Shown here in pieces: positions 36,733 through 45,903 of a stretch of 64,000 bases of DNA. A program made the position numbers and the translations under genes. How positions within the stretch are numbered: the first letter of the stretch is position 1; each line of letters starts with the position of its first letter. This stretch comes from Lachnospiraceae bacterium (GTDB lineage Bacteria; Pseudomonadota; Alphaproteobacteria; RF32; CAG-239): contig CAVBCV010000001.1 of assembly GCA_963594125.1 (NCBI GenBank), positions 746 to 64,745 of the forward strand, given 5' to 3'. Below the pieces are notes generated by a model. The model ran no database searches. It worked only from the letters and a program-made list of their open reading frames with translations, and was not told the DNA's origin.

Positions 36733-37761
36733 TTATCCGAAAATTCCTTGATGGCGGGTTTTAGGGCGAATCACTTTGATAGTAGGCTTGCGCTGTTGCA
36801 ATTTTTTCCAATCCCACGGTTTATAAAACGTGCCTTGCCATAAACCGCGGCGATGTTGCTGCGCTTGAATTTCATACGGATAATAAACATCGGTATATTT
36901 GGTATAAGCCACTGCCCAACCGGAATTTACTAACGCAGCGCCTAAATCATAAGGACCATACGAGCAGGTGCCTATCATATTGCCTTTGGTATCTTGCTGA
37001 ATAACACGGCACTCAAGTTCAGCGTCTTCAATCCAGCTTTTGAGCCATGCGGCGGCTTCACGCCCACAGTTATAAGCCCTGCCCTGCCCGTTGGCGCAAG
37101 TTTGGTTAACCGCCGGAGCAGCTACGCCGAAAAGCTGAAAAACATGTCCGTACATTTCTAACGTATCACCGCTGATAACCCTTACCGAACCGTAAATAAC
37201 CGGATAATTGGACGGATTAAATGCTTTGGGTTGTTGCTTTTCAGAAGAGCCCATAATTGAGGAAATCATTTTTTCGGCAATACCCGGTTTGGGTTTTTCT
37301 TGGGCTTTCGGAGCTGCAGAACCGAATAACTGCGGGCTTGCCATGTCTTCAGCTTTAACCGGTTTAACATCTTCCTCAGGGATTGGAGTAATTTCTAGTT
37401 CTTCTTCATCTTCTGCTTGTTCATTATCATTATTATTTTCAGCTGACAAATCAGGCTCCGCATCGCTCTCATAGCCGATAAATTTGGTAACCGCGTCTGA
37501 AACACCCCCAAGACCATTGTTAAACATACCAAGCGCATACATCATAAACACGACCACCGCCATAATAAGTAAAAATGACGGAAAACAGCCCAAGCCTTTC
37601 CACATCATGCGCCCGAACACATACAAAACAACCAAAGCAATGATTAACCCGAAAAAGCCCATACCCTGCATAATCAGGCTGCTGCTTTGCGTTCCGGAGC
37701 CTCCGGCATAAATTAGGGTTAAAATTCCAAAAATCCACAGCGCTTTTTTAAAAAAGAACAT
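36733..37761 (-). CDS. Membrane-anchored protein of 342 aa with a C-terminal staphylococcal-nuclease-like (SNase/thermonuclease) domain, an acidic linker and N-terminal TM helices.
   Basis: N-terminal hydrophobic helices, an E/D-rich spacer, and a C-terminal domain with SNase-like features (VISGDTLEMYGHVFQLFGVAAP and CRVIQQDTKGNMIGTC). Confidence 0.6.
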   Translation of the reverse strand: MFFFKKALWIFGILTLIYAGGSGTQSSSLIMQGMGFFGLIIALVVLYVFGRMMWKGLGCFPSFLLIMAVVVFMMYALGMFNNGLGGVSDAVTKFIGYESDAEPDLSAENNNDNEQAEDEEELEITPIPEEDVKPVKAEDMASPQLFGSAAPKAQEKPKPGIAEKMISSIMGSSEKQQPKAFNPSNYPVIYGSVRVISGDTLEMYGHVFQLFGVAAPAVNQTCANGQGRAYNCGREAAAWLKSWIEDAELECRVIQQDTKGNMIGTCSYGPYDLGAALVNSGWAVAYTKYTDVYYPYEIQAQQHRRGLWQGTFYKPWDWKKLQQRKPTIKVIRPKTRHQGIFG

Positions 37762-37825
37762 TGCTTTGCTTCCTTTGTTTATAATTTAGGCTTATTAGAG
37801 CACATAAAATTTTATAATGCAATAA

Positions 37826-39535
37826 TTATTCATAAAGCGGAGGCAAAGTGTTACTTTTTGATTTTTGCCGTTTTTTCTGCTTGATAACCCGTTTTAAGGC
37901 TACGGTAAAGTCTTTCGGGTTCCACAAACTTTCGTCATGAGGATTATAAAGTTTGGCTAAAATAACATCTATGGCGGAGCTAAACTCAGAATCGGCGGCA
38001 GCATTAGCAACATCTTTTAAGTTGTTTATCGGTTTTTCAGGATAAAAACCGGTCGCCCATGAAATTAAACCGTCACGCAAGCCCCTGAAATCAGCCGCAT
38101 AGGCTTTTTTAATTAAAAAATCAGGATAAGCGCGAGTTTCACACTGCGGTTTTACAACGCGGGTAAACCGGCATTTAAACAGCACAAAGCCCAATATTAA
38201 ACCACCGGCAAAAGCGATCATGATATAAACATATAAAGGCACCTGCTGAGGTTCCGGTACAGAAGGCAAAGACACCTCAGCTTGAGCAGGTTTTGTAACA
38301 ACCGGCGCTTTGGTTCCATCAGGGGCAACCGTAATCTCTTCAGCCGGAATAGTAGCTTTTTCAATACGTCCGGTGGCGGTATTGTACCAATCAACAGCTA
38401 TTTCAGGCAAAATCAGCTTTCCGGATTTGTCCGGCACATAAACGTTAACCACCGTCTGTTCGGCAACCGGCGTACCGGCAACAAGTTTACCTTGCCGTGA
38501 AGGCTGCTCTGGATATTGTTTAATTCCTTCCGCGGATTTAAAATTTATTTCCGGCAACTGATTTTCAGTTACTCCGCTTGCTTTTAAGGTAATTAAACGG
38601 CTGACTGCCTCACCAACCTTAAACTCCGGTTTTTCACCAATCCAATCAGCCGAAAGCTCAACTTTTTGCGCCGGAAGCCACCATTTTCCGGAATAATCAG
38701 CCGGAACCGGCAAAATATTTATTTCTTGCGAATCGGCTTTGAGGCTGACCGGCGTTTCAAGTCCGAATAATGACGGAGCGCTTACTGCTAATTTAAAAAT
38801 ATCCTGATTAAGCAATTCATTTAATGAATTTCCTTTACCTTGCGCATAGCCGTCAAACCAAACTGCCGGTATACGTAAATTACCGCTTTTTTGCGGGAAA
38901 AGCGCATATTTGAAAGTTACCTCGCGCGCCATTTGTCCGTTTTTAGCTTTAACCGTGCTGATTTGCGGATTGCCTAAACTTACAATAATCCAGTCTGAAT
39001 TTGTATCGGCAAATTGCGGATTGCCACTCATTATGCTACCGTCATCAGTTAAAACAACCTCATAATTAATTTGCTGTTGAACATAATACGGTTTTTCAGG
39101 GTCAATTACTTCCGCCTGTAATTTATACCCCCCCTCTTGTTGCAGGGGTGCTTTTTGGGGAGTAGAATCCTCAACCACGCCGTCAGTTACGGTAATTTTA
39201 AGCGGTGAGGAACTTTCATTGCCGACTTGAATAGCCGGAATTTCCTGCTCACCGGCAGTTAAGGCGATTAAGCCGATTTGCCAAACCGTTGTTGCGCTTG
39301 ATTTACCATTTATTATATAACTTTGACGGGATACGGAGGTGGAATAAACTTTAAAATTTTGATTAAGCACGCTTAAATCAGGCGAGGAAGAAACGTTTTC
39401 ATCGGCGGTTAAAGTTAATATAAAAGCTTGACCTAAAGGCTGAGTATCACCGGAAACTTCTGCCGTAATTGCCGCGACGGCGCTTTTAAGCGTTATGAAT
39501 AATGCAAGCAGTACCACAAACACATATTTTTTCAT
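37826..39535 (-). CDS. batD: BatD-like protein of the aerotolerance operon, with a signal peptide and a C-terminal TM helix, about 570 aa.
   Basis: Signal VFVVLLALFITLKSAVAA, a long beta-rich periplasmic region, and a C-terminal TM YVYIMIAFAGGLILGFVLF. It follows BatA- and BatB-like genes. The start at 39535 has a GGAGG RBS. Confidence 0.5.
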   Translation of the reverse strand: MKKYVFVVLLALFITLKSAVAAITAEVSGDTQPLGQAFILTLTADENVSSSPDLSVLNQNFKVYSTSVSRQSYIINGKSSATTVWQIGLIALTAGEQEIPAIQVGNESSSPLKITVTDGVVEDSTPQKAPLQQEGGYKLQAEVIDPEKPYYVQQQINYEVVLTDDGSIMSGNPQFADTNSDWIIVSLGNPQISTVKAKNGQMAREVTFKYALFPQKSGNLRIPAVWFDGYAQGKGNSLNELLNQDIFKLAVSAPSLFGLETPVSLKADSQEINILPVPADYSGKWWLPAQKVELSADWIGEKPEFKVGEAVSRLITLKASGVTENQLPEINFKSAEGIKQYPEQPSRQGKLVAGTPVAEQTVVNVYVPDKSGKLILPEIAVDWYNTATGRIEKATIPAEEITVAPDGTKAPVVTKPAQAEVSLPSVPEPQQVPLYVYIMIAFAGGLILGFVLFKCRFTRVVKPQCETRAYPDFLIKKAYAADFRGLRDGLISWATGFYPEKPINNLKDVANAAADSEFSSAIDVILAKLYNPHDESLWNPKDFTVALKRVIKQKKRQKSKSNTLPPLYE

Positions 39536-39536
39536 A

Positions 39537-41258
39537 TCAGCCTCCATATCTGTTTTTGTTATATTCTTTATAAATAAACGCGCGCAACAAACCGCCTTTA
39601 TCCTCGGGAATATCCCTCATTCGTTGCTCGCGAGCCTGAATTTGCTCATCATATTTATCGTCTTTATCGCCCTCTTTTACCGGAGCCGACGGAACCTGCT
39701 GTTTTTCAGCGCTTTGTTCGGTTTTAGCGTTATTATTCTGCTCTTGCGGCGATGAAGAGTTTTCATCTGTTTTTTGCTGCTCGTCATTTAATTTTTCATC
39801 TGACGAGGAGTTTTGTTGCTCACTATTTGCCTCTTGTTCAGCACCGGAATCGGCTGTTTCGCTTTGTTGTTCGTTTTGCTCATTATCTTGATTGTTTTGA
39901 TTTTGCTCGGTGAAATTTTGTTGTTGCTGTTGCTTATTTTGCTCCTGTTGCTGCTCGTTTTGAATATTCTGTTGTTGATTTTGCTGTTGTTTTAAATATT
40001 CCAAATTAAACTTAGCGTCTTCGTGGTTAGGATTTTGCTCTAAAACCTGCTCATATTTTTTAATTGCCTCATTTATTTGCCCGCTTTTAGCCAAGGCATT
40101 GCCCAAATTATATACCGATTCAGCATCAGATTGCTTGGCATAAAGTTCGGCGGCACGCTCATAATCACCGGCTTTATAAAGCGCGGCGCCGCGCCAATTT
40201 TCATTTTGAAAGCCTTTGGCCGCCTGCTCATAATTGCTTTGCTTAAAATTTTGCATTGCCTCATAATTATCAGTAAACCAAAAGCCCGCCCATGCCGAAT
40301 TGCTTATGGCGCAAAGCAAAATTATTACCAAAAGTCCACGCCGGAAAAAATATAAACAGCAGATAAGCGGCACAATCAAAAGATAATAACCGTAATCTTG
40401 CCATTGCCCGATTTTATTTGCGGTTTCTTGCCATTGCTGTTGGTGTTTGGCGGTAATTTTATCTAAAAATTCTTGCGGATTAAAAGCAGTAACTTCAGCA
40501 TACACGCCCCCACCCGCTTTAGCAATTTGCTCAAGTTGAGAACTGTTTTCTTTTGCAATGTTTACCGCATTAACGTAAATATTTTGCGCCGCAGCTTTTT
40601 TAGCCGCCGTTAAAGCCTGATTAAAATTAATGCCGCCGCCGGCGCTGAAAATAACAATATCTCCTTGAGAATATTTAGCGGCTTTAATTTTTTCAACCGC
40701 TAAATTTATTGTTCTGTCAATCCTATCGCCGTTTACCGGCATTATATCAAAATCTATTGCCGATAATAAATTAACCACAAGCTCAGAATCGGAGGAAAGC
40801 GGCGAGATTAAAAACGGCTCGTCTGTATAAACGATTAGCCCCGTGTCCGCGTTTTGCGGTAGGTTTAACATATCTTTTATTGCCATTTCAGCATGCGCCA
40901 AACGATTGGGAGTAACATCGGATTGCTTCATCTCTGATGATAAATTAAGCGCTATCATCAGCGGGGTATTATAATTTAAGGCAGGCATCGCCTCTTTTTG
41001 CCAGCTTGGACCAGCCGCAGCAATTATGGCAAGAACCAACCCCATATACATGAAAAAGGCGCTGATTCTGCGGCGTGAGCTGTTGCCTTTTATGAGCAAA
41101 AAATCAAGAAGAGGCTTATCGCACACTTTTTCCCAACTGCTTAGATGTTTATAATTTTTAAATATCGTAAAATAAAAAAACAGCGGGATTAAAAGCAGCA
41201 ACAATATCCACGGGCGCAAAAAATGAAAATTATTGATAAAATCAGTCATTTTACTCAC
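39537..41258 (-). CDS. BatB/BatC-like fusion of 573 aa, with TM helices, a von Willebrand factor A domain, TPR repeats and a C-terminal Q/N-rich low-complexity region.
   Basis: The vWA region LMIALNLSSEM...DRIDRTINLAVEKIKA, TPR-like segments WRGAALYKAGDYERAAELYAKQ and GNALAKSGQINEAIKKYEQVLE, and a (QQQN)n-type tract over roughly 39780-40000. Confidence 0.55.
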   Translation of the reverse strand: MSKMTDFINNFHFLRPWILLLLLIPLFFYFTIFKNYKHLSSWEKVCDKPLLDFLLIKGNSSRRRISAFFMYMGLVLAIIAAAGPSWQKEAMPALNYNTPLMIALNLSSEMKQSDVTPNRLAHAEMAIKDMLNLPQNADTGLIVYTDEPFLISPLSSDSELVVNLLSAIDFDIMPVNGDRIDRTINLAVEKIKAAKYSQGDIVIFSAGGGINFNQALTAAKKAAAQNIYVNAVNIAKENSSQLEQIAKAGGGVYAEVTAFNPQEFLDKITAKHQQQWQETANKIGQWQDYGYYLLIVPLICCLYFFRRGLLVIILLCAISNSAWAGFWFTDNYEAMQNFKQSNYEQAAKGFQNENWRGAALYKAGDYERAAELYAKQSDAESVYNLGNALAKSGQINEAIKKYEQVLEQNPNHEDAKFNLEYLKQQQNQQQNIQNEQQQEQNKQQQQQNFTEQNQNNQDNEQNEQQSETADSGAEQEANSEQQNSSSDEKLNDEQQKTDENSSSPQEQNNNAKTEQSAEKQQVPSAPVKEGDKDDKYDEQIQAREQRMRDIPEDKGGLLRAFIYKEYNKNRYGG

Positions 41259-42252
41259 CCTTTCTTTGATAAGCGTACATCATGGCGACCGCCAGCAATA
41301 CCGCCAATAATAACGGCATATAATATAAATCGCGCCGCGGATATACAAAATTTTCATCTGAAGATTCCGGCTCAAGCAAATCTATAGCTTTATACACGTT
41401 CACCAAACCATTAACGTCATCCGCCCGAAAATAGCGACCTTCCGTTTCAGCGGCAAGCTGTTTTAAGCTTTTTTCATCAAGCGAGGTATTGCCGCCACCA
41501 AAAAAGGCATTGATAAGCGATTGCCTGCCGCCGCCGACTCCGATTGTATAAATTTTTACCCCTTCCGCAGCAGCCATCGCGGTTGCTTCCGGCAGGCTTA
41601 GTCTGCCATCATTATTTTCGCCGTCGGTCAGTAAAATTATCACTTTGCGGTTAAGCTCGCCGCCTTTATCTTTAAGATTTTTCAGCGCCAAGCCTAAGGC
41701 ATCACCGATAGCGGTGGAGTTGCCCGCCATACCGGCGTCAACTGAGTTTAAAATTTCAAGCACAGATTGGCGGTCATAAGTCAGCGGCGCCTGTAAATAA
41801 GCTTGCGTACCGAATAAAATTAAGCCGATACGGTCGTCTTGCCGTTTTTTTACAAATTCTGAAACCACAGCTTTTACGGCATTCAAGCGGCTAAGACGAA
41901 AGTTTCGGGTTGAAAAATCTTCTTCAAGCATAGAGGTTGAAATATCGGTAACCATTAAAATGTCCCGCCCCTCTTGGTTTATGCGTACGGGTTCACCCAT
42001 TTGCACCGGACGCATCGCCGCCAACACCAACAGCGAGTATATTAAAAAGCACGCCCAAAAGGAGCGGGTTAAACCGGCTTGCGCCAATGAAGAACCTTTA
42101 GCTTTGTTTTGCGCGGATATATCAGCAAAATCAACTACAAACGGAACCGATAAAGCCTCGCCGTACAAACCTTTAACCGCGGGTAAAATCAGCCTTGCAA
42201 TAAATGGCAATAATATGAGCCAGGCAAAATCAGGATATAAGAAAGTTATCAT
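41251..42252 (-). CDS. batA: BatA-like von Willebrand factor A domain membrane protein, 333 aa.
   Basis: N-terminal TM helices and a MIDAS motif DISTSM (DxSxS) within a vWA domain. Confidence 0.65.
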   Translation of the reverse strand: MITFLYPDFAWLILLPFIARLILPAVKGLYGEALSVPFVVDFADISAQNKAKGSSLAQAGLTRSFWACFLIYSLLVLAAMRPVQMGEPVRINQEGRDILMVTDISTSMLEEDFSTRNFRLSRLNAVKAVVSEFVKKRQDDRIGLILFGTQAYLQAPLTYDRQSVLEILNSVDAGMAGNSTAIGDALGLALKNLKDKGGELNRKVIILLTDGENNDGRLSLPEATAMAAAEGVKIYTIGVGGGRQSLINAFFGGGNTSLDEKSLKQLAAETEGRYFRADDVNGLVNVYKAIDLLEPESSDENFVYPRRDLYYMPLLLAVLLAVAMMYAYQRKGE

Positions 42253-42692
42253 AAGTTTTCTCCTATCCAGTTTTTAGCAAATTCTCGCAAAGCGCGGTAA
42301 ACTTCGGGCGGATATTTTTTATTTTGCGCCATATAAGGAGCATAAAGCAGTAATTGCGCCGCCGAATCGGGCAAAGGTTTTCGGGAGTGATTGTTTAAAA
42401 ACAGAATCCAATCAGTACCGTAATAAGCAGCGGCGTTTTTATAGCGATAAAGGCATATTCGGCGCAAAATTTCAGAAATCCGGCACACAGAATCCAAATT
42501 ATCGGCGGAAGCACGCTTTAATAACATAAGAGCATAACGTTTTTTGCTTTTTTGATATAAAAACTTAGCCAAACGATAGAAGATATAGAGCAAAATCAGC
42601 GCCGCAAGCACTATTAACCAACCATACCCCAGCGGAAAAAACATTGTTTCCGGCGGTAAATGTATATCTCTTAATTGCGGCAAATTATCCAT
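42249..42692 (-). CDS. Small membrane protein of 147 aa, the first gene of the Bat-like cluster. Function unknown.
   Basis: A single TM helix GYGWLIVLAALILLYIFY. It overlaps the downstream batA start in an operon arrangement. Confidence 0.45.
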   Translation of the reverse strand: MDNLPQLRDIHLPPETMFFPLGYGWLIVLAALILLYIFYRLAKFLYQKSKKRYALMLLKRASADNLDSVCRISEILRRICLYRYKNAAAYYGTDWILFLNNHSRKPLPDSAAQLLLYAPYMAQNKKYPPEVYRALREFAKNWIGENL

Positions 42693-42830
42693 AATTACTC
42701 CTTTGCTCCCGATATTTGAATTTAAGGCGCTTTAATTTAAATATCAAGGTTGGATTATATAACTGAGTAAAAAATTTAAACACTTGTAAATAGCATAAAA
42801 TTAGTTATGATAATTTATAAAGGAGAAAGC

Positions 42831-43265
42831 ATGAAAAAATATTTAATTATATTATGTATGGCGTTATCGGGCTGTTGTTCTTTGACTAACCAATGTTTTA
42901 TTGACAAACGGTTTAATCTTAAACTTGAAGCACTTTCAAAAACTGTTCGTGATTCTTATTTAACTCCCACCAAAATTGTTACCAATTATGGCAAAGATTA
43001 TATTGCTTTTTATTATGAATGTAAAATTGTAGAAAACAGAATAGGTTTTGTTAAATTTATTTGCAATGGAATGCAATCTTATACGCCTTTTCCTTATATA
43101 TCTAATAAAAAAGCTATGGTTTCATATAAAATTGCGCCGGAAAAAGATAAAACATTTGAACAATATGTAGTAGAAGAACTTACATATGAGCAATATCCTC
43201 ATAATAAAGAATGGCACCGTTCAGGCGGTGGATATTACTTATTGCAGGAAGAAAATAATAATTAA
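42831..43265 (+). CDS. Lipoprotein of about 144 aa, a tandem paralog of the next gene.
   Basis: Lipobox MKKYLIILCMALSGC and RBS aaggagaaagc. Its N-terminal 40 aa and its C-terminal EQYVVEELTYEQYPH..EWH.SGGGYYLLQEEN are almost identical to the neighbour. Confidence 0.6.
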   Translation: MKKYLIILCMALSGCCSLTNQCFIDKRFNLKLEALSKTVRDSYLTPTKIVTNYGKDYIAFYYECKIVENRIGFVKFICNGMQSYTPFPYISNKKAMVSYKIAPEKDKTFEQYVVEELTYEQYPHNKEWHRSGGGYYLLQEENNN

Positions 43266-43274
43266 GGAGAAAGC

Positions 43275-43700
43275 ATGAAAAAATATTTAATTATATTGTG
43301 TTTGGCGCTATCGGGCTGTTGTTCTTTGACTAACCAATGTTTTGTTGACAGGCGCTTTAATCTTAAACTTGAAGCACTTTCAAAAACTGTTACCGACACA
43401 TATTTAACTCCTACCAAAATAATGTTTAAATCAGGGCAAGAATATTCATCGTTTTATTTTGGCTGTAAATTAAAAGAGAATCGTATGAATTTTGTTAAGT
43501 TTATATGTGACGGCACCCATTGGGCGGATAATGATATTAATAATGAACAAATTGTTATAACCTATGAAATTAATTCTGAAAAAGATAAAATATTTGAACA
43601 ATATGTGGTAGAGGAACTTACCTATGAACAATATCCTCACGACAAAGAATGGCACAGCTCTGGAGGCGGATATTACCTATTGCAAGAAGAAAATATATAA
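43275..43700 (+). CDS. Lipoprotein of 141 aa, a tandem paralog of the previous gene.
   Basis: Same lipobox and RBS. It is identical to the neighbour at both ends and diverges in the middle. Confidence 0.6.
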   Translation: MKKYLIILCLALSGCCSLTNQCFVDRRFNLKLEALSKTVTDTYLTPTKIMFKSGQEYSSFYFGCKLKENRMNFVKFICDGTHWADNDINNEQIVITYEINSEKDKIFEQYVVEELTYEQYPHDKEWHSSGGGYYLLQEENI

Positions 43701-43796
43701 TATATGAAAATATATTAATTCAAATATTGACAAATGCAAAAATTCATATTATATATAACTTGTATTTAATTAATTTTAATAGAAAGGATATACAAA

Positions 43797-44446
43797 TGAA
43801 TACAAAAATTTATGATTATGATGAATATTATAACCAATTGGATGACTATTCTAAAAATCAATGGGATCAGCTGCATGCTGCGCTTTCTGATTTTGAAGGT
43901 CAGAGCTATAATTTTCCATATCTTGACACTGCAGGTTTAATTACCGATTGTAAAGCCAGAAATGTTGATGACAAAGATACTTTTTACGCTCAACCATATT
44001 TTAACATTAACACCAATCAACTGGCAACTTTAGCGGAAAAAATCCTTTACCGAAATGATTTAAAAAAATCTTTTGCCGATGGAGTGCATGTAGCAAGCTG
44101 GTATAAAAAATTAACGCCTTTGCGATTGCCGGCAGGATATTGTGACAATGCTTATAAAACAGATATTGCTAAATTTTATAATCAGTTACAAGACCGCATA
44201 CCTAACTATGGAAAGATGCCGCTCCCTACCCAATTGAGTATGCTGGAACCACATTACAACACCGGTTCGCTAAATAATGAAGACCGTTGGCCAAAACTGT
44301 ATAAATTTTCCAGAGCAATGAATCAACAACAAATTTGCAAAAATATCCATCGTAAACTATATGATAAAAACAACAACTTTATCAGTAACATGCCGAAGCG
44401 CAATGACTGGGCGTATAGAAAATGTATGGAGGTGCCGTTTAACTAA
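43797..44446 (+). CDS. Hypothetical protein of about 216 aa.
   Basis: ORF starting MNTKIYDYDEYYNQ and followed by a strong terminator. No motifs recognised. Confidence 0.45.
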
Positions 44447-44507
44447 TTATTATGTATCTCAAAGGTTTCTTGGGGAAAGATGATTTATACAACTCCTTTT
44501 TAAAAAG

Positions 44508-44549
44508 CCGGAGATGAAATGTGCTCGTATTTCATCTCCGGTATTTTTA
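44508..44549. terminator. Bidirectional intrinsic terminator (13-bp stem ccggagatgaaat / atttcatctccgg) between convergent genes.
   Basis: A perfect 13-bp inverted repeat with an 8-nt loop. It is followed by tattttt on the + strand and preceded by aaaaag, which gives a T-run on the minus strand. It lies between the stops at 44446 (+) and 44564 (-). Confidence 0.7.
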
Positions 44550-44563
44550 TTAAGTTGCTGTAA

Positions 44564-45823
44564 TTAAGCTTTAAGCAAGCCGTGTTTCTTTTTACCTTGC
44601 GAAAGCTTTACTTTACCATCAACTAAATCAGCGGTGGTAATTTTGTAGTTTTCATCGGTTACCGGCTTGTCATTAATCTTTAATCCGGCTTGTTTGATTA
44701 AGCGGCGAGCCTCGCCCTTGCTTTCAACAAAGCCGATTTGCAAAAAGGCGTCAAGCACGCTGATACCGTTATTTAAGTCGGCGCTGATTTCCGGCAGTTC
44801 ACCACCGGCAATACCTTGCTCAAAAGTTTTAACGGCGGTTTCCTCGGCAGCTAAAGCTTCAGCCTCGCCGCGGCACATTTTAGCGGCATTGAACGCCAAA
44901 ATCTTTTTAGCCTCGTTAATTTCTTTATCTTGTAAAGCTTCTAAGCGCTTAACTTCATCCATCGGCAAATCAGTAAAAATGCGCAAACATTTGCCGACTT
45001 CGGCATCGCCGATATTACGGAAGTATTGATAATAATCGTATGTGCTTAATTTTTCTTCATTAATCCAAACCGCATTACCTTCGGATTTGCCCATTTTTTT
45101 ACCTGACGAATCGGTTAAAATAGGGCTGGTAAAACCAAAAAGCTCGGTATCATAACGACGGCGGCCAAGCTCTGTGCCGGAAGTGATATTACCCCATTGG
45201 TCAGCACCGGCAATTTGCGCGCGGCAGCCGTATTTTTGGTACAATACGCAAAAATCATAACCTTGCAAAAGCTGATAGTTAAACTCTAAAAACGACATCG
45301 GCTGTTCGCGCTCCAAACGGCTTTTAACGCTTTCCATCGTAAGCATACGATTAACCGAATAGCAAGTGCCGATGTCGCGCAAAAACTCAAGGTAATTAAT
45401 GTTTTTAAACCAATCCCAGTTATCAACCATTTCCGCTTTGTTGGCTCCGTCTGAAAAGTTCAAAAAGCGGCGGAAAGATTTTTTTAATCCCTCAACGTTG
45501 TGAGCTAAAGTTTCTTCACTCAAAAACGGGCGCAATTTGTCTTTACCGGAAGGGTCGCCGATACGAGCGGTTGCTCCGCCAACCAGAGTTAACGGCTTGT
45601 GTCCGCATTTTTGGAACCAACGCAGCATCATAACCGGCACAATATGCCCAACGTGCAAACTGTCGGCTGTTGGGTCTGAACCTAAATAACCGACCGCTGG
45701 CACGCCTTTATGTTCGCATTCGGCCAAATAAGCGTCAAAGCCAACATCATTGGTGCATTGATTGTAAAAGCCGCGTTCCAGCATTATGTTAAAAAATTCA
45801 GACTTGTATTTGCTCATTTTCAT
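44564..45823 (-). CDS. tyrS: Tyrosine--tRNA ligase, 419 aa.
   Basis: HIGH-type motif in PTADSLHVGH, KMSKS motif in KKMGKSEGN, and a C-terminal S4 domain. Confidence 0.9.
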   Translation of the reverse strand: MKMSKYKSEFFNIMLERGFYNQCTNDVGFDAYLAECEHKGVPAVGYLGSDPTADSLHVGHIVPVMMLRWFQKCGHKPLTLVGGATARIGDPSGKDKLRPFLSEETLAHNVEGLKKSFRRFLNFSDGANKAEMVDNWDWFKNINYLEFLRDIGTCYSVNRMLTMESVKSRLEREQPMSFLEFNYQLLQGYDFCVLYQKYGCRAQIAGADQWGNITSGTELGRRRYDTELFGFTSPILTDSSGKKMGKSEGNAVWINEEKLSTYDYYQYFRNIGDAEVGKCLRIFTDLPMDEVKRLEALQDKEINEAKKILAFNAAKMCRGEAEALAAEETAVKTFEQGIAGGELPEISADLNNGISVLDAFLQIGFVESKGEARRLIKQAGLKINDKPVTDENYKITTADLVDGKVKLSQGKKKHGLLKA

Positions 45824-45903
45824 TTATCCTTTATAACTAAATTTTAACGCATATTAGCATATATTTAGCACATTGCAAGAATATGAGGTAAAAATTTTTA
45901 ACA

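Noticed and set aside
39813-39995. Leu/Ile-rich 60-aa ORF on the + strand
   Set aside because: It is an antisense reading of the Q/N-rich repeat tract inside the BatB/C-like gene and is not a real membrane peptide.
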